Assembly: GCA_043228905.1 (NCBI GenBank) | Contig: JBHGNT010000002.1 | Location: 4,340,001-4,404,000 of the forward strand | Reading direction: 5' to 3' | Length of the DNA: 64,000 nt | DNA from: Azolla caroliniana | Lineage: Eukaryota; Plantae; Polypodiophyta | In this document: in pieces, positions 11,673-25,287 of the stretch | Numbering within the stretch: the first letter of the stretch is position 1 | Layout: each line of letters opens with the position of its first letter | Program-made: the position numbers and the translations under genes | The notes under the pieces: model-generated | The model's input: only the letters and a program-made list of their open reading frames with translations | Told to the model about the DNA's origin: nothing | The model's database searches: none

Positions 11673-12102
11673 TGTCATGAGATGGTTAAGACTCGAACCC
11701 ATGACCTTATGGTATATGGGTCGAGCTCTTAACCATCTCACCATCTATTGTAATTCATAGAATATTATTTTCATTTATGTTTTATTATAAGAAAGTAATG
11801 TATATTCCAGATTTCTCTGGAACATTCTAGAAGCTTCAGGATTATTCCTGAGAACACTATAAAAGAAGGCACTAAGCATTATGTTGAACCAAATTGGTTC
11901 AACACCAGTCTTAAGCCTCTTAGTCGATTTGTACTTATCTTTCATATAATATAAGAGCTGCTGTCATCATCCTATTTCCCTCTCTCTCTCCTCTTCTCAC
12001 TTCCTCTCTCTCGGGAATCTTACGCAGTCCCGTCCTCTTAGTACTAATAGTACTACTCTTCTTAGTACTAATTCCATCTCTGTTTTAGTACTATTCCTGA
12101 CA
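11673..12102 (+). repeat. 3' LTR of chromovirus B1
   Basis: Direct repeat of 6442-6871. Confidence 0.96.
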
Positions 12103-12370
12103 GCAGCAAAAGTTGACGCCAACACGAAGGAATCGGCGGGTCGACAAGCGCTGAAGTCACAGCAACGAGGGAGTTGATTTGGACCTGTTGATCAGACAAG
12201 CTGACCGAGGAGGTCAAGATGCGCAGAAATAGAAGGGTCATGGCAAACGGGACCGGACCGGACGAGGAACGTGATCGAGGCGGAGTGACGCCCGAAGGAG
12301 CCGGGTGGAAGGACCGGCGGCCATGGAGACTGACACTACGATCTGACCTCAAGTTGAGGTTGAGGGGGAG

Positions 12371-12740
12371 TGTTGACGGCAAGCTCAACCGAATCTGGAT
12401 CGACTGAATAAGCCTGAGCCGGATCGGCATTCAGAAGGATGAGCCAGATCGGTGAGCCGGTGAGGAAGTGAGCCGGTGAGCTGGGGAGCCGGTTAGCCGG
12501 ATCCAACAGTAATCGAAAGCCGAGTAATAGCTTAGATTATTAGGTAGTTATTGTCTCGTAGTTAGTGTCATACGCTTGTGTGAGAATTGAAGTACATTGT
12601 ACTTCTGTCAGTCCCATGAGGACTTGTATAAATAGTGTTGTTGAGCACGTTGTATGCACAGAGTGTTGATATAATTTTTGAATCTAGATTCCTGTTCTGC
12701 TCTCTCTGTCTCCCCCGATTACTCTTTGTATTCTATGTAT

Positions 12741-12774
<34 letters not shown>

Positions 12775-12826
12775 GTTGCTACGAAGCCAAGTTGTTGTCT
12801 TACACTTCCGCACATATGTTTCAACA
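12371..12826 (+). repeat. 3' LTR of Copia A
   Basis: Direct repeat of 1290-1723, preceded by PPT and followed by TSD. Confidence 0.95.
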
Positions 12827-12831
12827 ACATC

Positions 12832-15800
12832 CATTTGGTGGAGGTGCCACCCTTTCGCTGCTGCAAGTGCTATCATGGTTCACACAATTGTCATCTTTGC
12901 CACTGGGGCAAAGGTCTCTTCATAGTCGATGCCCTGTGTTTGTGCGTAGCCCTTTGCTACGAGTCGAGCTTTGTAGCAGTTGACGGAACCGTCGGCATTA
13001 TACTTCACTTTGTATATCCATCTGCAACCAATTGCCTTCTTGTGCGGTGAGTGAGGGACGAGATCCCATGTCTCATTCTTGCTACGATCTTGCATCTCCT
13101 CGTTCATTGCTTTGACCCATCACGGATCTTTAGCAGCTTCGGCAAAGCTCTCTGGTTCTCGAATTGCTACCACCTTCATCATAAAGGCATAGTGGTATGC
13201 CATATAGTCATTGTAGCCAAATCAGCTTACTGGATTCTTCTCTCAGGTGGAGTGACAGAGTTTCTCATTTGCCGATGTATGTGCTTTCTCAAATCCAGAT
13301 GACCTTGTAAGAGACACACCAAAGCCATCGAACTCACTATCGAGTGGATGAGTCGATTTGTTGTTGTCGAAGTCATATTCCAACATTTTGGCCTTCCCTT
13401 TGTCCATCTTTGGACTTGGCCGAGATGAGCTTTGGTTGCTCGGAGGCTCTTGTGGTCCACTCAATCTGGTTGAGATCGAACTCTCTTAGAGTATTGACCT
13501 TAGTTGATCATCGCTTTCTGTGTTGTCGAGGTCGTTCGTAGATGGTTCAGGAGGAGTCGGCTCGGGTTTGTACCATGATTGACGGGAATTGAACAACTCC
13601 TTATGCGCCACGCTTGGCCACAACCGAGCTTAGAATGATACACAGAAAACGGGAAATAAAACGTGACACAAAGAAGAGACGAGGTACACAGGAGGTTTAC
13701 GTGGAAAACCCCAAACTAGGGGAAAAACCACGGCAGCCCACAGGCTGCAAACTATCACTATGATGGAATGTACAACAATGAGTTCACTGAGGCACCGACC
13801 TCGTGCTCACAGATCTTCGCCACAGGCGGCGGTTACAACAGAGGCAGCGACCTCTTTCTCTCTCTCTGTACACTGTTACACGCTCTCTCTTCTTGCACCA
13901 ACAAGAAAATGACAACAACACACTAAAAGTTTTCCCTAAGTCATATTTATACTAATATGACTTTTCGTCTATTTACAAATATAGTCTCGATGGACTCTCA
14001 AAAACATATTTACGAATATGTCTCTTCATCCGGTTCTCACCGGGTCTGTACCATCCGGCTCTCCGTAGCCAGGTACTCCTCATCTGGTTTTCACCGGGTC
14101 TGTATCACCCGGCTCTCCGTAGCCGGGTACTCCTCATCCGGTCTTCACCGGGTCTGCATCATCCGGCTCTCCGTAGCCGAGTCCACCTCATACGGTTTCG
14201 GCCTCGGCCGAGTTTGTTCATCGGCACTGTTCTTCTCCCTTCCCATCCGGAGGGACTTGTCTCCCAACAATGATGTCGATTCGTCAAAGAAGACATCCCG
14301 ACTTACACGAGTCTTCTGAGTAGAGGGGTTGAAGCACTTGTACCCCTTTTGCACCAGTGAGTACCCCACGTGGATGTACTTCTCTAATTTTGGGTCAAGC
14401 TTCTGCCGCTTCTCATCGGGAATGTGCACGTATGCAATGGAGCCGAATATCCTTACATGGGAAAGATCCGGCTTCTTCCCATAGTATTTCTCGTGCGGGG
14501 TGACCTCGTGCACTCCAGGTGTTGTGCACCAGTTCATGAGGTAGACGACAGTATTTGGAGCTTCTGCCCAATATGACTTGGGCATATGCTTCTCATTTAG
14601 CATGACCCTTGCTACTTCGAGGATGTGTTGATTCTTGCGTTCGGCTACACCGTTCTATTGCGGTGTGTGTTGGCAAGTGAATTCTCGCCGAATTCCTTCT
14701 TGTTGAAGGTATGCCGTGAACGCATTGGAGAAGTATTCCTTTCCTCCGTCTGACCGAAGACATCGTACATGACGCCCATTTCCCTTTTTGACTTCGCTTT
14801 TGAATTTTTGGAAGTGTGTAAACACTTCCCTCTTCATCCTCATGGGAAAGATCCATGTGTATCTAGAGAAGTCATCGATGAAGGTAACATAGTACCAACA
14901 TCCTCCAAACGTAGCCGTTTGTGCCAGTCCCCACACATCTGAGTGGACTTCGTCCAATAGGCCTTTGCTCACGTTCCTCTCCTTCGGGAACGGGTGCCGA
15001 TGTTGCTTGCCGAATTGGCATACTTCACATACTCCTTCAATCTCTTTCTCTTTGAAGGTCGGGAGCCCGATGACGACTCCTTTCGATTGCATCGCCTTGA
15101 GTTTGTTGAGATTGATATGGCCGATTCTTTTATGCCATAGCTCTATGTCGGTTCGGATTTGAGGCCCTTTGCAAACATGTCCGATTTTACCTCGTTTGCT
15201 TCGAGGATAAACATTCGGCCTTCCCTTCGATCACGAGCAATTAGTCGGCCTTCCTTCTTGATGAAGCAACCTCCTTGGTTGAATCAAACTTGCATCCCTT
15301 GCTCCACAATTTGGCCGACTGAGACCAAATTCTTCGTTATGGTGGGTACATGTAAGACATATTTTATACAAGTTTGTTCACCTTCTTTCCCGAATGGAAC
15401 ATTGCCGATATGCTGAATCGGATGAGTGGTGTCATCTCCAGTCTCGACATAACCAGGTCAATCCGGCTCTCGAAGGTCTTTGAACCATTCTTGATGGGAC
15501 GTCATATGGTTCGAAGCACCAGAGTTGACAAACCATACATCTTCCGGATTGGAGGCATTAGTCGAAGTAGAGGCTGACATAGAATTTGCTCTATGTCTCA
15601 TTACAAACATTCCGCCATGATCTTCATAGTCGGAGTTGGTGGCGTAATTGGTGAGTTGTCGGCTTGTGGAAGCCGACTCACGCTTCTTCTTTTGGCACTC
15701 TTCTTCATGGTGGCCGATTTTTCCGCAATAACCGCATTCGATCAAGGTTTTTTGGCTCGAACCGGAACGGAAGCTCCCCCTTCTTCCGAAGGTTCCTTGA

Positions 15801-17066
15801 TGGCTTCCGTTTTGTTGCCGAAATTGGGAGTTGCTGTCGTAAGTCGAACCTTGTCCACCTTGTCCTTGGCCGAATCGGCCTCTTGCTCGGCTGCGTCCTC
15901 TTCCTCCATTCGAGTGTGTGTAGAGCATGTGGCTTTCCGAGGTGTTGCTCCTTGTTCGAACATGGTTTTCTTCAACCAACAACATGGATTGAAGATCGAA
16001 GAAAGAGGGAAAATTCTCCCTTGCTAGGACGGCGGTCCGCATCGCGCCAAATTGTGGTGCAAGGCCGCTGAGGCATTTTTGCACCATTTCGTCATCCTCC
16101 ACATTGACGCTTATTGAGGCGAGTGCATGACAAAGCTCCTTGATCTTCAAGGTGTAGCTTGTGATGGACATATCCCGTTGTTGGATGTTGTTCAACTCTT
16201 GGCGGAGTTGAAGCTTCCTCGCGGTCGTGTTGGCGGCAATAATCTTTCGTAGATTTTCCCACACTTCCTTCAGCGTCTCGCCTTCTCAAATGTAACCGAG
16301 CATGTGGTCATGAACACATGTCGCCAAGCAATACATTACTCGACTCACCGCTTTCTCCCATGTTGCATAGTCGGCGTCTTCCAGGTCGGGCCGGTTTTCT
16401 TGTGCTCCTTTGATGTAGGTCCAATAGCCTTGACCGACAAGGTATTGATGCATCTTGTACTCCCAAGATGCGAAGTTGTTTTGGTCCAACTTCTCGCTAG
16501 GGAGAGCACTCCCCATTTGAGTATTCATGGTGTTCAATGTAGATTTCTTCCTTCTTCTTCTCTCTTGAATACGAGCTATGTAGTCGCACTACGATAGCGA
16601 TGAGCCGGTTCTTCTTGAACGTCGGTGTAGAGCTCAACACATGCGGATGGGCGAGATCAAGCTACCAAACCTCTCTGATACCATGTAAAGAATCGATGGT
16701 GATTCTTGTGCAACGGAATAGACGAGAGATATGTGTTGTGAGTGTGTGTATGAGAGAGAGAGAGAGAGAAACACAAGATAGATTAGAGAGACAATAGAAT
16801 ACTCAAGAAGATGTATATTACAAAGAGATTAATCGACCTTATTACAAAGTAGGAGGAGAGTGCTTTATATAGTCACTCTCTCTCTTCATTAACTACCGAA
16901 GCTCATGGGTCATGGGGAATGTGAAAACTCATTAGTTATGTGTCATAGAATATGATTCTATGACAAATAGTTAATGTGTAGATAAGAGTGGCGACTTTTG
17001 ACCTTTAAGTGCACACTCTCAAAGGTGTGTTCACACACTAGACTAGGTTGAGCTTGTTTCTCAACA
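12832..17066 (-). mobile_element. Ty1/Copia element C, 5' portion (LTR, PBS, gag-PR-INT-RT start; decayed)
   Basis: 5' LTR 16684-17066; PBS complement CTCTGATACCA 16673-16683; gag from ~16537; CGYCGKIGHHEEEC; LRSDGGKEY; joins 1-1289 once A and the solo LTR are removed. Confidence 0.92.
13580..14269 (-). mobile_element. Solo LTR related to the Copia K LTR family
   Basis: TG..CA ends; TSD ATGAT 13575-13579 and 14270-14274; similar to 59242-59875 (GTCCCTCCGGATGGGA, TATAAATATGACTTAGGG, CGTGGTTTTTCCC); internal ~57-bp tandem repeats. Confidence 0.9.
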
Positions 17067-17994
17067 TGTATGAACATTAAGCATGCCATAAGGTAAGAAA
17101 CCCTAGGGTAAGTGACATACACCTCCTCAAGACCACCACATCCCATAGAATCAGCCAAGTGATGGTTCAACAGAGAGTTGAGTGGCATAGGTAGGCGACA
17201 TACACCTCGTTAAGACCACAAAATCCCATAGAATCGGCCAAGTGATGGCTCAATAAAGGGAAGGGTGCCATACTCAACATAATATGCAAAAGGGCCATGA
17301 GTTGAGCATGTGCGATTAGTGCAAACACGCTCGACCCGACGCATAAGTAGATTAACATCGTATCATGGTAGAAAGAAGAAAGAAAAGAAAAGAAAATGTA
17401 ATACCACTTCCATATGACCAAGAAGAAAGCGTCATACAAAAGAAAAGAGAGATCGATAAAGAAGAATACCGGGATAAGAATGTTAGTTTGATCCTGTGAA
17501 GAGCATGACGAGCCTTGTGAGATCCCCATTGCTCACACGCAAAAAACATAAAAAAAAAAAAAATGTTAGTAAATGCTCAGATACCATTGTTAAGAGTCTA
17601 TTACTAATCAATAGACCATTTACTAAAATAAAAGAAGGAAAATAAATTGGATAGAAGAACCCGTTCCACCCGACCACCCCCGAGCTATGATCTAGACATA
17701 GCCAACCTACCATTGATGTCCCATACCGCCGGATATTAGGATGACTAATACCTTGGAAGAGATAAACATGATCGTCGAGACGAAAACCTAGCCCGCACCA
17801 CCGGTGTCTAAGACAACAACCTTTTGACGTAATGTGCTTATGAGGGTAGCGAAGCCTCATATTTATAGCTTTTCCTAGGCCCCTTGAATAGATGTTCCTT
17901 TCTAAAAGGGTCTCCATTCATTGGTTACGCAAATCATGATAGTGCATGCACCTATCATTCCTTCTATCCAATCACATTAGTCCCCTTTTTAACA
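17067..17994 (-). mobile_element. Remnant of older LTR element L (LTR 17588-17994, PBS, leader) into which Copia C inserted
   Basis: Minus strand TGTTAA..TTAACA termini; TATAAATA near 17860-17867; PBS-like TGGTATCTGAGC (17575-17586); an 83-bp-period duplication at 17114-17253. Confidence 0.5.
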
Positions 17995-20900
17995 TTAGTG
18001 AACATACCCTTCACTTATGTAAATATTAGTGACCTACCCTTACCTACATTATGTGTACATAACAGGTGAGTAGGAAACAACCAGCATGGGGTTGGGGGCC
18101 GTTTCCTCCTTGTGTCACCATTGGCACATTTCGCCGTTTTTGCCAAACGTGCAAACAGGCAGTGACCACGTCGTTGGAGTGGCTGTAAACCTTGTCTAAT
18201 TGCCCCTGGTAGGCAGTTGATAATCGAGAACCATATATCCATGATCACTTCCTCCGGGGGGCATACCAGATCTTGGAAGACCTTTAGGGCAATGCATTTA
18301 TTTTTGTGAAGCTACGTTTGAATAATCAAAAACTTAAGGTATCAGTAAACAAAGTATGCCACATCTTTTTTGGGACACCCATTTACAATGATTCAAATGT
18401 TAGGTTCATGTGATTCGATGCTAACTCTCTAAATTGTCAAACTATTCTTCTTCAAAGTCTACAACTAATATGTAATGCCTTAAAACTAGGAAATGTTGTT
18501 CAAAAGTCACTCTCCAATTTAATCCATGAGTTCTATACATATAATTTATTTATAGCTTGCAACTAAAACTTCTCTCTCTAGGTTTGTAGGTTGTAGTCCA
18601 TTGTTTCAAGAATGCTACATTGAAGAGTTACAAGTTACACAACAAGACGTTATGTTTCAGATGGTGAAATTTAGAACAACTCGAAATACTAGTTTGGGTC
18701 CTTATCTATTATTATTGATATCAACACATTCACAAATATGAGGCAATGTATGCATCTATCAACCTGTGTTATGCACATAATGTCTTTTTATCACATCTTT
18801 GGAGATTTATTGAAGAGAACATCCAATGTTCTAAGATATCTTATATTCTAGCGAAGTAAAATGATATATCCACTAGCAAAGGCTTTAATTGCTCATAGAA
18901 GTTGTAATTGATGGTGGCTCAATTGGGATTAAAGTCGAAGTAAACTTGGACTAACTCAAACATATCCTCATGAAAGTGGGGATAGCACATACCTTGCTAA
19001 TGAGACATGAAAGTTTAAGAAGTGGTTGTGTAAATAGAGGGTAGTTTTGCACTTGATGTTATAACCATGATGAACTAGATTAATAATGAATCATTTACGG
19101 CCAACACGAAATAGAATATACTCTATTTCAACTAATATGTAATGTACAAATACAAAATTGCATCATTAAATAAATATACCTTTGTTGCAAGGTTATTCCT
19201 ACGTATTCCAAATCTTGTTGTATGTGCGAACACGTTTTGCTTAGTTTGTTTAACAAGTGTGTGTTTTGTACATGTGTGTGCATATATAATGCACATACAT
19301 ACATACATACATAGAGACACACAAATAATAGAAGAATAATAATTATTTGGATTTTCGTAGAAGAAACACAAGTGAAAAGATAACTTATGTCTTACAAAGA
19401 ACAAAAAAAGGGAAAATAGCATATTGTCTTTTCATATGTCTATGCAAATTCTATGGATCTAATTAATGAAAGTCCTTTTATAAGTTTTAGTACATTGTAA
19501 TTAATTTGTATAACTATTCTCATAATTTAGATGAAAAGCCTAGTGTAGAACCTTGAATGGTTGATTCCCATGGAAGTAGATAAGGAATACGTATCACAAA
19601 TCCCATAGTAGGGATCCATGTGAATCCTACACGAAAGCGATCCGTTGCATATCAACATGTGATCCTATGTGAAAATGAAATGACACACATTTTTTTGGTT
19701 GAGATATCAACATAACAATGTCATCGATGAATAGAAATATACTATGGACATAAATGATGGGGTTGATGAACTCCTTGATGATTGGTTAGAAGGTGCAATA
19801 TGTTTAAGTTCATGAATCGTGGGTCATTTCTCATGATGAGGCTCTTATAAAACCCTACAATGGCTCTACCATTATGCCATTAAATGGTGCAAGTTGCTAT
19901 GATGTCAAGCCTAAAAAAATAGTTATGGCATAAGTTACACATTATTAAAGTGACCATGTTAAATAATATGGTAGATTTATATTATCACCTTTCAAGATGC
20001 ACTAATATGTAATGTATTAAAATTAGGTGGAAAATAACTTTTTCTCACTAAATAAACTTTACCCCCGCATGAAGATCATGCATGTAAGAATGTATTTTGA
20101 TGGTGAAGGCTTAAAAATGATTTAATTGACCTAAAATTGAAGGGTTCGTGTTGGCAATGTTACTACTACACTCAAGAGAAACCACGTGATCCATCTTGGA
20201 TCCAATGCACAAGTTTTCACTCACAACACATTAAGAAGTAGAGTTGCAATAAGACGTACAAGAGTTCTAATACAACATAGAACCTACATAAATGGATAAG
20301 CCAAAACAAAATATGGTTATTAAACATATTCTAATTTACAACCACAACAACAATCTTCAATAGTTCGAAAGAGATCTCTAAGAGGTTGCCTTCCTAGATT
20401 GAAGCAATTCATAGTGTGGATGAGTGGCTCAACTTAAGCTCCTCAACTCATATAATATCACCATGCCTTTTTTGAACTATTAGACAATCAAATATATAGG
20501 TTTGGAGTGCCAATATAATTATAAAAGACTTTGAATGTGAATGCTCTTCTAACCTTGCATTCAGCTAATGAATGGAAAACAAAAGCCCATGTACGCATAA
20601 GTTTCTCAAATTTCCACAAATGCCATTGGTTAACCAATAAAGGATTTTATCAAATGCAATCCGTTTTTTGCATTGATCAAAATACCACTAATGTTTTACT
20701 TAAGTCGGTCCTCCATTCTTGATAAACTTACAAATCCCTTTCACACATTTAAATCTCTCTTTCTCTCTGGTGAAAACACACAATTATATTAATAAACGTG
20801 TGTGAAAAGCATTGTTTACGATGAGTAGCACAATGGAGTATGGTCACCATGATATAGGTGGTGGAACATGTTAAATTGCTAATAGGCAAGACGACCACTC

Positions 20901-21515
20901 CATGGAAGAAAGAATTTCTACTTGCTCCAATAAATAAAATTGCCACATTAGTACTCCCTTCAACTTTTGTTGATATGCTTTGACTCCATGCTTACATGCT
21001 ACCATCAAATATGAAAGGATTGCACACATTCCAATTATAACACAATCCCCATTACCTCAAAAATAGGAGAATGGTCTCCATCTCTGATTTTGGGTCGACG
21101 TGTGTGAATTGTGCAAACAACCCACATCTTGGTGTCAAATAATAACATTGTGACAAAACTTGCCAAATTTGTGAAATTTAACTCCAAATCAAACAATCAA
21201 TCAAACATTGTATGAAATGATGAGTAATGTCTTCCAGTTGAACAATGCAAAAGAAATAACTGCCCGTTACTAGTCCACGTCGCTTTAGAGTTAATACCAA
21301 AGGCAAACCCCCAATCAAAACTCTCTAAATGAAGATATTTGTTACAACTACAAGTGGCAATTTAGAATACCAATTATGTTTAAATATATGTCTCCATTCT
21401 TGTTCAACCTCAAGTGATAGTTATCAAACAGACTCAATGGATCAATGATACAAGAGATTAGTCTTCCTTTGTCTGAGTCAATTTTGGTCTTCGAAGACAT
21501 TAATATATCTTTCTT

Positions 21516-21578
<63 letters not shown>

Positions 21579-22159
21579 AGAATCGTACATCTATAGATGA
21601 TGAGATTCTTTAGTCATGTCTTAATTCTAATTCTAATTCCATTTTTACTTTGTTACGTTTATCTTGGTTTATTTTTCTGAAAGACGAGTCAACATTTTAA
21701 GATGTAATCTTTGCTTGGTCTTATAGACCATTTTGGCCACTTAAAAGATGTTAATCTCTCTCTCTCTCTCTCTCTCTATGGATATTATATATATATATAT
21801 ATATTCCTTCATACTATACTTTTAGTGTTTCTTTGTATTGTGTTTAGAGGTGTTTCCTTCCGCATTTTTCAATGACAAACACATACCAAACATGTGATAA
21901 ACAAAAAATGAATCTATGTTCAAGAAAGTTTAAGAAAACACTTTTGGGGATTCAATTAGCTCAAATAAGAAGAACTAAGATACCAATGCATTTTTGTTTG
22001 AGGATGGGTAACATGAATTCACCCATATTTATACTTAAGTTTTGTTTCATGGGCCAATTATGACCTCTAGTATATGTTAATATATTGTTCTTTTTTTGTT
22101 TCTCTCTTTCTCATTCTAAATCTCATTTGTTTTCACACAAATATACAAATGCATGATAT

Positions 22160-22650
22160 ATCAATTACATCTCTAATTCCAATATCTCTCCCCAATCTCT
22201 CATGTTTTTTGGAAAAAAGATATATAAATTAATATCACATAACGATACAAAACCTCCCATGACTTTACTACAATAGTGCAAAAAGTTACATCTCTAAGTC
22301 CAAAACTCTCCCTGTCTCCCTCATTGTTTTCGTGGAAAATCACAACGCAAGTCACATGCCACATCAGTGTATTAAACTCACAACCTCATTGTCTCCAAAT
22401 TATTGACATAACCATGATCTCGATTCTCAATTATGACTCGACTGACTTTCTTTCTTTGGATTCTTTTCCGTCCTAAACAAATACATAATATGTCAATTAC
22501 ATCTCCAAGTCTGAACTCTCTCAATCATTGTTTTTGTGGAAAATTATGATGCAAGTCACATGCAAAGTGTATCAAACTCACGACCTCATAGTCACCAAAT
22601 AGTTGACACAACCATGATCTCGAAACTCAACTATAACTTGATTTATTGTC
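22160..22650. repeat. Degenerate tandem duplication (~200-bp period)
   Basis: Recurrent TTACATCTC..TGGAAAA..GCAAGTCACATGC..AACCATGATCTCGA blocks. Confidence 0.6.
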
Positions 22651-25287
22651 TTTCATTTTGTCCTTTTCTCAAATAAATTCCTTTCAACCTTCATATCTCT
22701 CGTGGTACTTGATAGGCTACCAAATATGGCACACGTTTTTCATACCCTAGTTGTACCAAGTTACCTAGTGCCTAAGGTAGTCAAACACAACCTTATACAA
22801 TAGGGGAGTAAAGCTTTGTCTGTTGTGGTGAAACCCATCGAAAGGTTGAAAACAACTTACCAATTAATGATGCCCAACGTTGCAACTTAACAACCCAAAT
22901 GGCTTTAGAGACATTAATGAACTTTTTGTTAACATATTTTATATTAGATTTGATCAGATTAGGGCAAGGACATCGTGTTTCCAACAAATGGCATATGTCT
23001 AGGCAGGTTACAAATAATATTGTCTAAAAATACGCGCACCTTAAATTATGTAGTTCAAACACGAGTCACTATTTTCCTTTAGAGCATTAATTGAATTTAG
23101 TCAAATCAATATATGCACAAACTTTTTGACAAAAGTGTATACAATAATATCTAGAAAAACTTACTAGGGGTACAATACATATTGCATGTAATTACAATTA
23201 ATAAACCGATTATTGGAAATTCATGGAATTGGATATTTAGAAGAGAAATGTATGTTTGTTTACCAAAATTCATTCCATGTTCGCCCGCATGCTCCCTCCC
23301 TATGTGTAGTCTAAAAACATATTAGTTTATCTTCTAAGTAAAGGCAATAAAGTTATTAAATCAAACGTCAAGGGGTATTAGAGTCATCAATCTTAACTGA
23401 GAATACATTGTGGCCTGTGGGTCAAAGAATTTATACTTGGATGAGAGTTTGGTAATTAATGCATTTTGTGTTTGTATGATCAAATCTTGGGTTCTTCATA
23501 CTTGTGAGAGAGGGCTAGTTTACTAGAGTGCTCATGTTATGACATGTATATGTACATATTGCATTCATCATTATTTCAATACCATCTCAATGTGTCATTA
23601 TTATAGTTCTCTTGTGCTCATGTTTTTTATTTGATATATTCATATCCACACTCAAATTATTGCATGTGAACGTGCTCATACAAGATTGTGTGTGGTTAAT
23701 ATGTCTGTGTTCGTGGGCTTATAATTTCTTGTGTACATCGATTTATATATGTGTCTTTGTGTCTATGCTTGTTTCCATTTTGTTGTTCTGTTTCCTACCA
23801 ATAATGTAATGCAAAGGGAATGATGAAATAGATGCCACTTCTAGATATAACAACATTTTAGTGTAGTTTAGTCACTAATGCAACTACGATATTATTAATG
23901 TAACGCTTAAATGCTCTTCTTCTTTTGCTAATCAAATGCATTGACATCTGAGCGTTCAAATCTTCACTTTTAAAGAATAATTTCAAAGCTTGACTAATGT
24001 ATGGCATTTAGTGCATGCCTTGTAAGTTAAAAGGTTATTAATGTATACATGAAGCCTTTCGTGAGTAGTGAGTTGAATAGAACCCACAAGCAAAAAAAAC
24101 GTTGATATCTACACTAATTTGCAACTGAAATCATTGGTGCTCGTAAAAATTGGATGACCAAATTGTAGCTATCATTGACAAAACTTCCTAATTCATTAAA
24201 GCGCATATGTGTTTTATATGAATTGGCACATAAAAAACCCTTACCAATAGGCCATCCTTAACATGCCATTATTTATTGTGTGATACTTGCCATCATGGAT
24301 TAGCATTGAACTCAAAGAAATTGCTTAAGATTGAGAAAAACTATGATGAAATATATATTTATACATTGATTCATAAGTTTCTCGACTAATTGGAAAACCA
24401 AAGGGTCACTCTACCATTCTATGACATCAATCATCTTGGATATGAACTGTAGATTGATGCATGTATAGTACTTGGACATTAATCTTAATATTGATTATCT
24501 TGTCAAAAATAAGCCTCGGAATAAATAGATTGTGCTAAGTATACTAATGTGACAGTCTACAAATGTTATAATATGATGTCAAGTAACCTCATTATCAACA
24601 TACTCATGAGTCATAATGAGGGTGGTTATGGGCATGACATCAATGTGAGCATCAACTTGATAAGTACATAAAATCATATGGTGCTTTAATGCATAGTAGA
24701 TTTATAAGTAAACATTAATGGATTATACGCTTTATTGTAAATGATTGAACTGCTTTTCTTTTTTAGTACGCTACTTAGGTATAGGCGATGTCTCCCTTAG
24801 AACATATAAATAAACCCTAGCTTCCTTTTCCATGCTTACAATAGCAAAAGATTGGGGTGAAATATTCATGAAGCTTTACAAGGATATAACATAAAATGCA
24901 TATTTGACGAATTAAATCCATTAAGTGGACACATTTTAATTTTCCAAACCGACAAGTTTGAGATTTCAAGGGTAGGCATTGGGCACCCTTTGTATTCATG
25001 AAAACAACATCCTAAATAAATGATCATAGTGTCCTTTTCTTGTGCCTTGAAATAATTGGAAAGGGAGCATTGAGAACATGCAAAAAGCACCGATAGTATG
25101 TAGGAATTTGTTAAGGAAAAGAGCCGTGTACTTCTTAAAGGCAGGTTCAATTTCCAAACAGATAGGGGAGTTCGAAAAAAGAGCTCAACCAAACACTTTT
25201 AGGGAACGGAGGCGCAGGTTCCATGGACAAGTCAGAGGGGAATGTGGGGGTCGAGACGAATCGGATATCAAGGTAAAATATTCAACA

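Larger units (their letters stand above)
6442..12102 (+). mobile_element. Ty3/Gypsy chromovirus B1 (Tcn1/Tf1-sushi-like), apparently intact and very young
   Basis: 430-bp LTRs 6442-6871 and 11673-12102 with one mismatch seen by eye; TSD GCAGC 6437-6441 and 12103-12107; PPT AGGGGGAGATAG before 11673; uninterrupted gag and pol with C-terminal chromodomain. Confidence 0.96.
1290..12826 (+). mobile_element. Ty1/Copia LTR retrotransposon A (full length, decayed), nested in Copia C
   Basis: LTRs 1290-1723 and 12371-12826 (TGTTGA..TCAACA); 5-bp TSD ACATC at 1285-1289 and 12827-12831; PBS TGGTATCAGAG 1724-1734; PPT GAGGGGGAG before 12371; order gag-PR-INT-RT-RH. Confidence 0.95.

Noticed and set aside
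18000-25250. Possible decayed DNA-transposon coding remnants in the AT-rich stretch
   Set aside because: No ORF, motif, TIR or TSD that I could support by eye; needs a translated search against a TE library
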